A stretch of 64,000 bases of DNA, taken from Botryllus schlosseri (Eukaryota). Under the pieces are notes generated by a model. It did no database searches. It was not told the origin of the DNA and saw only the letters and a program-made list of their open reading frames with translations. Position 1 is the stretch's first letter. Each line of letters starts with the position of its first letter. The stretch covers positions 10,418,001-10,482,000 of the forward strand of contig CM119372.1 in assembly GCA_051294905.1 (NCBI GenBank). The letters are read 5' to 3'. The translations under genes were made by a program, and so were the position numbers. This document shows, piece by piece, positions 46,501 through 59,476 of the stretch.

Positions 46501-49500
46501 GTGAAATATAATCCATAATTCCTATTCGTAATCTAGATGTTAGGATATAGTAAAATCAACTTCAATAACATTATCTTATCCGATCATAACAGTAGCAGAA
46601 GCAATCTATTCCCATTCCAAACTGAATATATGCGAAGTAATAACTGACGTTACAATATTTGATTGCTAATTATCACTTTCAATGTGCCATTGACTAGAAT
46701 GCTTGTATGGTGACAATGTGCAGGAAGCCTTATTGTGTAAGTTTTGGAGAGAGTTCAAGTTCGGATTGTGTTATTTTTATTCTTTGAAGTTATGAGGATG
46801 ATCAGTCTGATCACTGATCACATAACTATTATGATTATAATGTTTTGTCTCATCATGTTGAATGCCTGTATCATTTTCTCAAAACTGTGCAATTTGAAGA
46901 ACTTTTGAAGAAGTGCGATTACACTGCCCGCATGGTCATAAACCCGATTGAACGGTCAATAGATGGGTTGAAAATAGAGGAATTCTTCTATTTACTTATG
47001 TCATTCACTTAGCGGTATTTTTATTTAATATTTGGTGCAGTTTCCTCAATGGGAAATGTGCTGTGCCGTGATGAACAGTGAATGTCATTTTATGGTACAT
47101 GTGAGCCTTGTATTGTGCTGTGAATCGTTGCTGACTTGATATATCTTTTGTTGACAATAGAATGTGTATTTTTGAGACGTCAAACAGATCTCATAGGGCT
47201 GCGAAAAATCTTTCTATCTGCTTCTCTAAATACCATATTCCATTTCCTAACATGTAGGGCCAAAATATTGAAGCACAGTATCTTTTACCAGGAGTTGACG
47301 TAAATTAAAGACTGGGTATTCCTATTATATTACAATGAATATTTGTAGCCTATGCTCTATTAGCACAGTAAAGTGATTTTGCAATACGCCAGTGTCGTTT
47401 AGGAGTTACCCTCCAGTAGTGTGTTTGCGGGTAATTGTCAAGTTGATAATTAACTTGTTAGAGAGAAGCACACAATAATCGCTTGTCTACTTTATCTCTA
47501 TTCTCAGTCAGCAGATCAAGCGAGGTTTTTCCTCACCTACCTCGACCCCAGCCTCAATCAACCCCTGGATTTCCGAGCGTACGGTGGCAACTGCACTGTA
47601 TGGGACCCGGGACATAAGGATGGACCTCTGCATAATGTCATGGTATACAAATAAACTGGCTGTAAAGATGTAGCCTTCAATTAATAGAAACTGGGTCATG
47701 TATAATTCGAGTCGCACAAGTTCCAAGTCATTCTATTTCGAAACATTGAACATCCCCATCATTTGAGTGTTTTGGAATTCAGCTGTATCAAGTTGAACCT
47801 GGTAACACGCAATTTTCTAAATTAGCTTAATGCTGCGCCTATTTATTCATTGCTAAGTATATACACTCTTAGCTATATATAGTTTATTTGGACTATCGTT
47901 TATGATAGTTATTCATATCTAGCCACGTTTCAAAAAGGTAGCACACCCCTGATTTGGACAGCATCTGTCGTGTTATCCACCGAAACCACCATGTATCTGT
48001 TTAATTTGATACAGGATAAAATGGACGGATTTGTGACAGCCCACTTCTTAGGATGGTTCTTGAAGGCCTTGATTTTTCGCGACATCTGGATGACAACAGT
48101 TATCAGCGCTACGTTTGAACTGTTGGAATACACGTTCGAGCATCAACTTCCCAATTTCTCCGAATGCTGGTGGGACCATGTGAGTATATACTTGAGATGT
48201 CGTGTGTGTGATGTACAATTTGGATGTCTCTGTTTCAGTGGATACTCGATTTTCTGGTTTGCAACGGTCTCGGAATATATTTAGGACTGAAGTGTCTCAA
48301 GTATCTCTCTGTGAAGGAATACAAGTGGATTGGTCTCTGGCATATACCATCTTACAAGTAAATTTATGATGATGCATTCGCCGTAATTTTCACTTTGCGA
48401 GCACCTTTAACCCGGTGGTGTGTTTTTTTTATATTGCAAGTTCTGGAATTTTTAACAATAGAAATCGAAAGACAACAGCAATTACTTGTAAGAGATCACT
48501 TGCTTTTACACCATTCCTTGACATTCAGTGGGAGTGATCTTGTGCTGCAATCTACATTGTTATCATTAGTGCAGGGATGGTCAGAGTAGTGAACGTTATA
48601 TGCCAAGTAGAAGTTGCATTTTTCAAGACATGTCAAAAGAAGAAGATGTAATGTTTGAGAAGTAGAATAAAATAATAAAATAGATCTGGTCGAGGGGGCC
48701 ATATAGGCTACTTTTAGCAGTTAATCGCAGGTGGGCACCATAGAAATTGCAAGATGTATCTTCATTTTCGTGATTGTGACTATCCCAAAATGACAAATCA
48801 CACTACAAATAGATGCGAGTTTTGAATATATACTCCGTTACGGTGATATAGGGCCATTTTGTCGGTTGTTATGGAAATTTTACTCATTCAAGTGATGCAA
48901 AAATATTCCAAAACTACTTTCTACTTTATTAAATTCAAATTGTGAAAAGTAAGTAGTTTTGCCTGAAAACAGGTTGAGTAGAAATTGTCTAAATATTATG
49001 TACTCGATGATACCATGCTATGCAGTGCTATTTACCTACTGGTGCTCCACTTCGCTGTATTAAAAAAGAATAAATCGCTTGTTACTACTGCTTACCTAAC
49101 CTTTTGCAGAGGAAAAATGCGAAGGGTGGTTGGGCAGTTTAGTCCGTACAGCTGGATCAGTTTCCGTTGGAAGCCGACGGAAAATCTGTACCGATGGCTG
49201 TTGGTGTCGTTTCAGATCTTTATGGTAAATGTGTGATCGTGATTCGTTGTTGCGTGTGTGATGTCACCGATTGCGTTCATCTTACAGATTTTGCTCGCCG
49301 AATTGAATACCTTCTATCTCAAATTTGTTATGTGGATGCCGCCTGACCACCCTCTGGTACTGACGAGGCTTGTGTTTATTGGCCTTTGGGGTGGAGTTGC
49401 TGTTAGAGAAATGTATGACTTCATGAACGGGTAAGCCGATTAGTCTTTGGTAAGTTACGTTTATACCTTGAAAATTCGATTACGAGAAGAGGCAAGCGCT

Positions 49501-52500
49501 TGTCACACTACCTTTTGTGAAATGGAGCGGGAAACTTTGGACCACAGATCCCATTCGATATTATTTCATAGACTACGATCGAAATCCAAAGCACTTTCTG
49601 TTTGTTTATGGAAAAAGATGACACGACTCTAGTGGGTTTCAACTAACCAGGTTTTGTTGAGTAAAGTAGTTTATAGATAGAACTGCGTCGTTGTTGTGAG
49701 GGAAATTGCCATGAACGGTGAACGCGTAGCTCAATGATGAAGATGTATAGTTTCAAAATTACACCTATTTGTGATACATTGAAAAACACAAAGGAAGTTG
49801 CATGATGTATCAAGTATTTCTACCAACCTCACCAAGGAGTAGGGAAAGTTTAGAACATGTATAAAAGGGGAGTAAACGCACTTGCTCGTCAAATCTAAAG
49901 CACTGCTTACCAAATCTGTGTTTTTTTCTTATGTTCCTCTTCGCGAAGCCAAATTTACATGGTTACATGTACTTTAATATATTCAGCTCATTCTGGTGTG
50001 GCACTGCTACTCAAATACTCCACTGGCATCATTTAGTAAGGCTACTTCGAGTTGCTGATTCTGGTTGCGTGCTCATGCTGTGGAATTGTGACTTGTTAAC
50101 CTGAGTTCGTCAGCACACACTGACATATGACATCAAATCTACACAGGGTCACAGACAAGTTTGGACAGCAGGCCTGGATGATTGTGATGATCATATGTAC
50201 TGAGCTTCTTGTTGTCGTTAAGTTCGGGTGGGATGTTATCACCACACCGTTTCCGACCTACATAAAGCTGTTCTGGATCGGTGCATTCGTCTGCTATGTG
50301 TTGTGGACTTTGTGGAGATTCCAAATGAAGTAAGTTCTTGAATAGTATGTTCATATTCAATGTACTATTTTAAGATTGTACATTGAACGCTCTCCTATTT
50401 GAGATCTCATTTCATGCTGGTGACATCATATTTTGTGATATGATTGTTGATATACAATGTTCTTTCCAATTCTCTATTAGTTGCTGACGATTACTGCTGA
50501 CGAGCGTCAGCCGAAAATATTTGGGTTCATTGCAATATAAATATACTATTCAATTGTATATTGACGTTCTGTACCTCCAAGAAGCTCTTTGAAATAAGTT
50601 CTGTGATTGGTAATGCCAATGCAAGTTTAATGGGTCTTTTGGTGGTTAAATTTTTATCACAGATCATATTAGCCCACACATCACTACATAAATGTGATTA
50701 TGAATCACATATAGGCTACCTGAATTTTTGATATTAACTTTCGTGCAAATACGGTTCTAGTGGGTGGAAACTGACAAATCAGTTTCATTGCTCAAAGCAT
50801 TACTGTAGCACAGTGGTTCTTAAACTTGTAGACCCCGACCAAAATATGAGTTTTAATGGCATCTCGCGACCCAAGCATCGCACATCAAAAAGAACATTTT
50901 TAATGTTGGTATATGCTATTTTTTCACGGGCACGTATGACTGAGAACGTGCAGACACTTGTTGATGAAACACCCACAATTTGGTTTTTCTGGGGTCGCAT
51001 TTGTGCTACTCTCTACTCAGATTGCAAAGACTGGACTCTTCGGTTCCGACGACCGGAGATATCGATATCAAAGGCTTTGACCAACCACTGACGGTCAATT
51101 TTGGCCAAGGTCTTACTGCCGGCTGTATTTTTGGCACCGCACTTTGCTCGGCTGTGTGTTGGTCGCAACTTGACCTCAAAATACCCAGAGGTGGTCAAAG
51201 TAGTCAAGAAAGCTACCCAAGTAGAAGTAGCGACGAATAAAATCGACTCGAGTACGAGTAGAAGTACTTCTTCCATGATAAACCCTAAACTACTTGAAGT
51301 AGAATTGACTGACTTTAAAAGTACTCAAGTAAGTAAGTAGTTGTGAAAACGATCCTAATTTGTTCACATGGATTGTAAAAAGGTGCAAATTGAGCTATGC
51401 GAAAGGTGACAAGCTTGATTCATATTGATGCAAACCAGCAGGTATCTAATTTTCGATAGCATAAGGATAAGCATTCGTCCACATCATGGGATGAAAATAA
51501 TAGTATTGATATGGAAATGCGATACTAATCCTCTGTTCACTCAAACAGCACGTTTTAGAAAATATCATGGTATTGCGCACTCCCCCATATTATAAGACCT
51601 GTAGTTTAGTCGAAGAGCAATACGTAGATGGTGTGTTGGATACGGTGTAAACACATTGTGCAATTAGTAAACGTTAAAAAATATGGTGGACCGTAAAAAT
51701 GCAATATTGTGTAGCTTTATTTCTGGAAATGGAAGGCATTACTACATTTGCTTTTATACTTCAACATGTACGTTATCCAGACAAAAGAACTGATATTAAT
51801 TAGAAATCAAAATATATGGTACTTGGAATTGAAAGTGAAATATAAATCTAAAAACGGAACATGTATTTAATGTCTTTAGTCCAGAAAGTTTCGAAGGTTG
51901 GTATGCTAAAACAGCTCTAAAACTAGAGAAAAGTCAGAGTCCACTTTTCCAGATTAGAACACGCCATGGACAGCTAGATTACGGTATGATGAGTATAATG
52001 CTAGATTGCGAAACATCAGTTTCAAACATTATGATAAGCCATATATACTGTGATGAAATATTTGATATGGGGAAGGGTGACAATGCGGTGTGAACGGAAC
52101 TACGTCAACCTGCTAACCTAAATTATATTCACCGATACTTTCGTGGAATCATACTGGACACTCAGCATTCACTGCGCGCGAAGCGTGACCAAAATTCTAG
52201 GCTTAACTCGACGCTTATGAAAATTAAATGTCGATACTTCGTGAAAACAGCCCCGAAATTTCTCAGGCTATCTTCCTGATTGGAGTATTAAACTACATCT
52301 ACTTGACAAACTGAAAATAGCTAAAACTAAGTAAGTAGATCACAAAATATTATGAAGTAGTAGTGGAAATTCAGATCTACTTGAGTAAGTACCAGAAGTA
52401 GTGGAAAACTACTTGAGTACTTCGAAAAAGAAGAATTACTTCGTTACTGACCACCTCTGAAAATACCTGTGTATCATACACCCACACCGGCTCGTCGCAC

Positions 52501-53336
52501 GCCACTAACACTGGTCAACTAAACCAACGGTATCCGATAATCTGTTCTCCAGAGAAACCAATGTCAGGCAAATCTTGTCATAAATTCAAACCACTGTATG
52601 TAATACAATGCGGGGCACATTTTCATGATTAAGACCAGGGTTGTAACCAAGTCATAAGTCAAGTCATTTTCAATTCACCATCGAGTCCAAGTCAGTGAGT
52701 AGAGAGTCGAGTCCAAGTCAAATTGTTCGCAGTTCAGTTTTGGGTTCAACTCACTTTTTTCAACTCTGCTCGGGTGATATAGAATGGCTTGCATTCGTAA
52801 TATCGTAGTTTTCCACAGACCTAACAGTTTCTGGCCCTATTTTCCAAGTATCAGGACTGATAGGCGAAATACCAATCATGTGGTGACTTGGTGGTGGTCT
52901 GGCTTGGCCATCCTAGTCTCCAGTCATACGATTTAGTTCGAGTCCTACACAATGACCCGAGTGCAAGTTTAGCCAATACACAAATTGAGTCGAGTCATTA
53001 CAACCCGGATGAAGACATATTGTAGCAATGACCTTTCTTAGAAAATTCATATTAGAGTACACGAAACAATGCGTTGTTCCTTCATTGATCGATTACTTTT
53101 TGCTGGTGGAATAGCAGTAACCGCAGGGGTGAAACTACATTGTCACATTGTGTTGTATTGACAGATTTCCACGGGTCAAAGCCTTGATTGATGAAAGCCC
53201 CAATCTAAACAAGCCGATCCGCGATTATCTAATAGATACTGATGATAATTCTATGTATTCGGATGAAGACTACAAAACTTCAAATGGGCGGGTGAGGAAA
53301 CGTAAATCCAAGACTTTGGAGACTGTAATGGAATAA
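43579..53336 (+). CDS. PTDSS2: Phosphatidylserine synthase 2, 10 exons (43579-43676, 43745-43846, 45167-45317, 47508-47642, 48015-48179, 48239-48357, 49110-49224, 49288-49430, 50147-50329, 53165-53336), ~460 aa
   Basis: [52 protein letters not shown] and [17 protein letters not shown] match PTDSS2. All introns are GT-AG and the frame is consistent (1383 nt). Confidence 0.95.
51186..52459. mobile_element. hAT-type MITE (TIR CAGAGGTGGTCA) in PTDSS2 intron 9
   Basis: Perfect TIR and perfect 8-bp TSD AAAATACC. Same family as 22120-23272. Confidence 0.88.
52636..53008. mobile_element. hAT-type MITE (CAGGGTTGTAA ends)
   Basis: Flanks ATTAAGAC/ATGAAGAC (7/8). Related to 15137-15952. Confidence 0.65.
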
Positions 53337-53577
53337 ATCCTGTACCGTATGCGTAATGAAATTTGTATTGAGATCTTCTGTAAAATTTTATTTTGTATTT
53401 TCCTGTTTACGAGCTGAAATTGCCTCTTTTTCTCTGGCAACACAAGAGTGCTGAACCATACGTATTATTTTTCATATTTTAACGGCGTGAGTTGTGTCTA
53501 GTAATGTCCTAGGATGATTTTTGTGACGTCTTCAACTGTCCGTACATGACCGACTGACAGTCTATGAGTAATTGTGC

Positions 53578-53583
53578 AATAAA
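53578..53583 (+). promoter_or_regulatory. Candidate polyadenylation signal of PTDSS2
   Basis: AATAAA ~240 nt after the stop codon, followed by GT-rich sequence. Confidence 0.4.
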
Positions 53584-54612
53584 GTCTGTTGATGATTCCG
53601 AATGTGGGAAGTTCTAGCAGTTGGGAGACCTTGCCAAGCTTGTTTAAATAGTCTTGCAGGTTAGAGGCGATATAACAAAAATGGCCATACTAACAAATTG
53701 TGTCGAACACAACTAGTATCCATATTGCTCAATGGTAGTGGTACAACTCTCAAAGTTACCTCATTATACGCAAATTGGATCTTTGGCCGTACTCCTGCTC
53801 CATGTCAATTCAAAAGAAATATACTGAAAATTCAAACCCAGCCCTACTAGAGCCCACAGCCTGACACTCCTGCCCTGGCCAAATCCCATAGTCGTGGATC
53901 TGACTCCTTGATCCACATTACTTACTGCATGCACGCAATATTAATTCATATCTTGTGTACCTTAATTGTAAGAAAGGTGCAGTAACACAGTTTATAGAGC
54001 CGTATACAAATCTATACATATGATTCTGAGCATACTCTGCACTCCACGGATGAGTTGAACGCATTCGAAGAACGGTAGAAGACCTCAAGACAGCATCACG
54101 TTGGACAATAAGAGTGGTTTTGACAAAACTTCGAAAATTAGTGTGAACCCAAGTTTCGATGCATTCATCCTCTAGGTACGGTATATTTCAGAAAGTCTTC
54201 GTAGATGCCTAGCAGGCAATGATTCTTGCTGTAATTCGCATTCCACATCAAAATGAGAACAGATATCAATCGTAAACCAAATATAATGTTCTGACTGATA
54301 TCACTGTGAATAACCATTGAACTACGAAATGACATTTGTATATTCATGTAGACAGAAGAGTAAGGACAGTTACACCAGTTGTGCTATACAACATACGCAT
54401 TCATGAACATTGCTTGGTATAGGCATTGCTTTGACTTGATTGAGTTCTATCTATTTCATCAAGGCATGACCAAGTCAAATAAAACCGAACGTCCTTATCC
54501 ATCCGGCACGGTATCGTCAGCGGAACCAGGATTTGCAACACTGAGAAATCGCAGTTGAGGATTCCAACTGCTCCCAGTATTGCAGAATTGAAATTGATTG
54601 GTGCTTATAATC

Positions 54613-57600
54613 TCATGTGTAGTATGCAGGCTTCTTCACAGTGAGACCATGCTCTGCAAGCGTTGGAGCCAGATCCTCCAGCGTCAAGACATACCTGGAC
54701 ATCCCCAACAATGAAGATATTGTTGACGGAGAACACAAACACTCTTACTTCTTTTCCTTTCCTTTTGCGGGTCGATTTTGGGCACCCTTTAGCTTGTTTG
54801 TTTGAAGAGCATCGTTAATGATGTCAGAGAGGAACTTTTGCGCCGCCAATGCGAGTATTCGTGACCTGGAACAGTCACAGTCAGAACCAATCTTTTCATT
54901 ATTTTCTGTGATTATCCCAATGCAATCATCCATTATTCACTATCTAGTAACTACCAAAGAGAGAACACTGATGATCACGCCGATCGGTTTTATGAGGGAG
55001 CATATTTGAGCGATAGGACTTCATGAGGATTGAATAGTCAATAAAGCAGAATTATTTTTTTTCACATTATCACTGGTCAACACAGTTTTTGTTCACTTCG
55101 ATCAGGCTATTGATTTTGACCAACTTTTGGGCGCTGAATTCAAAAATGACTTCCGTTTTTCTCTATCAAGTCAATTTTTTTGGTTAGGCACCCCCCACAT
55201 TGCCTCAAAACCCACATATTAGCACTACTTTTAATATTATGTGTTTATTGTATAAAACGTTTCAAAAACTACAACCAGTCGAAAGTAAATCATTAGACTT
55301 CAAATAAACATTTGCACTGCTTTATTTGGTTGATTTAAACTGATATTGCTTCTAGAAGACTAGGGTCCAAATTCACGCTAATAACCCATAATTCTGTAGG
55401 TTGTCTAGTCTGATACTCGAGCAATAGTCAGCTAACATATATAAGCTCCAATCTACTCTGGTATCTTATCCCCATCATCTTCAGATGTTGGGGGACATTT
55501 TCTCCTTGGCCATCTCTGACTATGTCAAGGTTTCCAGGGAAACTATCAAGATATTTCAAGTTTTTCTTAAATGTCCGCTGTCCGACATAAACATATGGCA
55601 GTGGCACATGTGTATCCTTATTGTCTGACCACTAGAAAACACAATATTTCAAAGCTGACTCATATGATCCAATTGTGCTCGTGACATTGCAATAATTCAA
55701 TGTTTCTGTATTACTTTTAATGTTTCTGTATTATTCACGAAGACTAACTGAGTGTGCAATTGTTACTGCACCCAAGACGTCGCCAGTGCAATTGTTACTG
55801 CACGCACGACTTTGCCATCTTGAAGAATGGCACACTTTAGGATCTCTTTTGAGCTACCTATAGGCATTTGCCATTCACTGGACTTGTAAATCGGGATTCC
55901 TAACTCCTCCAGTAATCCATGGTAACGGTATCATGCCAATGCCAGTATCACGGCCATTCACAAAGCTACCGAAAGTAGGCCTATGAAGAAGAGGCTGTTT
56001 CTCCTGATCAAAAGTGAGATACCTTCTCTACCTTGCCAAGTAATCTTTTCTCACTTCATAAGGATGTTAAAAGTTCCGAAGATTTCTGTTCCAAGTCCCA
56101 AAGCTACGTCATATCAATAACTCGTGTTGATGGACTACTCTACATTCTGAATCAACTTCGATTTCGAACATCTTCATCATTTGACCTGCTATCCCTAAGA
56201 TCTTCATCTTGATCTAAATTGTCGAGCGTATGGGACTTTCAGGTTACTCTGGATAAGCTGAATGGGGGCATTGGAACTATAGCTGATAGCAAATGTCATG
56301 TTTAATTTTCTTGCCATATCCAGCAGTTTGCATCAAATATGTGTGATAAATATCCTTGGATAATTGCATCCTCTACCAAAAATGGGTGAAAACATCGGCC
56401 TAGATCGATACCAATACCTTTTTCCTACACAATTCAATCGAGTCCTTGACTATATAACTTATTATATGGTAAAAGTGTGGATTTTTATACGGTATGGAAA
56501 AGTAATATGCCTAAAATGAAAATTTGCATATTTTGGGCATATGTCATAGAGCGAAAAGTTGACGTGATAGAAGAAAACCGGTGGCATTTTGGGAATCAGC
56601 ACGCCAAAATTAGCCTAAATCAAGTGTAAAATCAAAGTCAACAGATTTTTTGTTGTAAATTGTTGCCCAGTGTTATGAATAGATTTTATTTTTCGTTGCA
56701 TCATATGTGGAAATTCTTCGCCTCCAGATCGCACTAACTCAACTACAGGCCAGCGCGACTCAATATGTCCATGTCCATGTTGTTTAGCCGAGCAAATTTC
56801 TACATTCTTCATGAGTAGATTAGATTTCATATCCTTTGTTGAATCTAAACTAGCTAGCATTCTAGAGAAGCCTTATTCTACAGCTGCTATTGCTATGTGC
56901 CACTTGAAGCAAGGAAAATAAGTTCTGGTGTCATTCGAGCTTGGGCACATGGACCTAACATCATTTTACCTTGGTGGCAGTAAAAGCTGTGATTTGGCTC
57001 AACTTGATCAGATTTTGTCAGTGTTGGGATGACTCGAGTCACCTTTTTCGTATAACTTGAATTGACTCGAGTCACTTTGCAAAAATGACTTGACTTGACT
57101 CGACGTTTCAAAAATGCAGATTGACTCGTGACTCGAAGCAAAATTCACGAGTCAATTTCAAGTCATCAAGTAATCGATGTCGACTAAATCGCCGTATCGT
57201 GTATACGATCGGATTATTAACCGATCACTCAATGATTGTACGACTGTACGTTTTACCGAGCCTTCATTGTTACATCAATAATGAATTGATTGTTAACGCA
57301 GTGATCGGAGCGTATAGCTTACATTGTCGTAATCCTGCTCAATTCAACCAACCCTCTTGCGTGCTTTAAATGGAACGAATATTGTCCATACGTTTATAGT
57401 TGTATATCATGGATATATATGTGGGTAGGGTATGGCTCCATATCATTTTATTGAACCTTCTGATGCTTCATATGCTATCCTATATTTTGGCTGGAAATTT
57501 TAGATCAGGGGTGGGCAGAGCTGCTTAACGCGTGAGCCGCATGTCAAAATTTGTTGCCTTAGAAGACTCACAACACAAAAATTGATATATACTACTATAT

Positions 57601-59476
57601 TTCGTCACAAGGAAATGTAGAGTATCGAATGAAGTTTATTATTGTGTGGTATCAGACGATGCGTCTCCACCTAGGCTGCAAGGTGTTTGAAATCGGACTG
57701 ATATGACGTCAAACCAAACAGTGGGGAGTTCGGTTATCATAATACTTCATAACCATGTCTTTTTTGGGTAACTCTTGGAAATTCAGGTTTTGGTGTTTGG
57801 TTTTGTAATGACGTTTCAATTATAGCTGTGTGATTATTGGGCGAATCTTGACGGAAAAGGCACAGTGGGTTACGTTCATTATCACCGAATGCACATTGCA
57901 CACTCATTGAAGAGTCGCAATCAAAGACTCAAAGAGCATGCAGCACGCGGCTCGTGAGGCGTAGTTTTCCCTCCCCTATTATAGACTGAGGCTAGACCGC
58001 TATACTTGTGTAGTTTGACAGTACTACGTATGCATGAGCGATAGAGCACCTTCTTGCGTGTATTATCAACTCTTTATTCGTTCCTTGATTCAGAATAAAT
58101 GGGGACTCCATCCATATTTAAAACAGTTAGCAAAATGCAATGACCTTGAATTATGTATCGTACTTTGAAAATTCAACTTGACTCGAATAGTGACTTGACT
58201 CGTGACTTGACTCGAGTCACCTCAAAAAATCGGGTGACTTGACTTGACTCGAGTCACCTTCGAAAATCGAGTGACTTGACTTGACTCGAGTCAAAATCTG
58301 AAATGACTCGTGACTCGAAGGTAGTCACTTGATCCCAACACTGGATTTTGTGATTTGAATAAAGTGACTCAAGTTCACTAGTATAATAGCATAATGCTTA
58401 AATTGAAGGTAGATTCGAAAACCATATTAGCCCATTATCTCAGGACCCTTGCAAGAAAAATACTATTTCCACAGGGTGGTATATGGAAAATAAAACTTGG
58501 ATTATTATGTAGATTGGATTAAATAGATATCCCACTGAGAAGTATATATCTAATCATAAAAATGTTCCATGTAAAGAGCGTATAGCTGCTTGAAGCAACT
58601 GGGTTCTATATACCTAAATAACGGTATATATTATCAAATCTTTGAAAAGAAAGCCTTACATTCTTGGGTCTGTGGTGTCTACACCAGCTTTGTTCAAGTA
58701 ATGTGATGCAACGACATCTGGTATCTGAAAAGGAAATCACAAATTTGTGGGCATCATTGTGTAGGAGCACCGGTATTCCAGCGGTATATTACCCTATTCT
58801 ACAATTCCTACTGACTGCGTATCGATTTTCATGAGATACATCAGTAGATAGGGACTTAAATACCACATTGCATAGGGTATTCATTAATCCTAGATCGTAG
58901 CTACTGAAGAATATATAGTTTAAAGTTCTTTTTGCATCGACTTGAGCCTTGTTTCACGGCAGTATGTTCGTTACGCAGTATTAAAATTTGTGTATGTATG
59001 TTGAGCTATGGGTCAGGGTTCCTGCCCTTACACCATTGCTATAATATTTGCATTATAGTGTACTTAGTGAATACTTTGTGACACGACTCCATGTGACTTG
59101 ACTTGACTCGAGTCACCTCTAAATGACACGACTCGGTCAGCTTAAAAATTCGAGCCATTTGACTTGACTCGAGTCAAACGTACATTGACTCGAATTGACT
59201 TGTAGCTCGAAGTCGAAGGTGGTGACTTGATCCCGCCCAACACTGCATGCTGTAAGTTACGTACCAAGGTACCATGCAATCATGCATGTGTTTGAACCCA
59301 GTTCGAAAGCGCATGATTCCCAAGTTTTTTTTTATGGTTTCACTGAGACTTACCGTTGGAGTTATGTCCTCAATTTGTGCAAGAAATTCCGAAATCTCAG
59401 CCTGAGACATCGATCCAGCTTCATCGCCACTGCCTCCATGCGCCGCAGTAGGTGAGGCGTCGGATAGCCCATTCAT
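54613..59476 (-). CDS. TAF10: TFIID subunit 10, 4 exons (59476-59354, 58724-58660, 54865-54749, 54694-54613), 128 aa
   Basis: EFLAQIEDITPT|IPDVVASHYLNKAGVDTTDPRM|SRILALAAQKFLSDIINDALQ...|YVLTLEDLAPTLAEHGLTVKKPAYYT*. GT-AG introns, 387 nt in total. Confidence 0.95.
55071..56672 (-). mobile_element. Internally deleted Chapaev3-like transposon in TAF10 intron 2
   Basis: CACTGGTCAACA...TGTTGCCCAGTG ends with TTAT on both sides. Degraded transposase-like translation at ~56000-56300. Ends shared with 10096-10590. Confidence 0.65.
57019..58343. mobile_element. hAT-type MITE (TIR CAGTGTTGGGAT) with a nested CAGGGG...CCCCTA element at 57506-57978
   Basis: Perfect TIR and perfect 8-bp TSD GATTTTGT, with GACTCGAGTC arrays. 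A further partial end lies at ~59085-59245. Confidence 0.88.
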
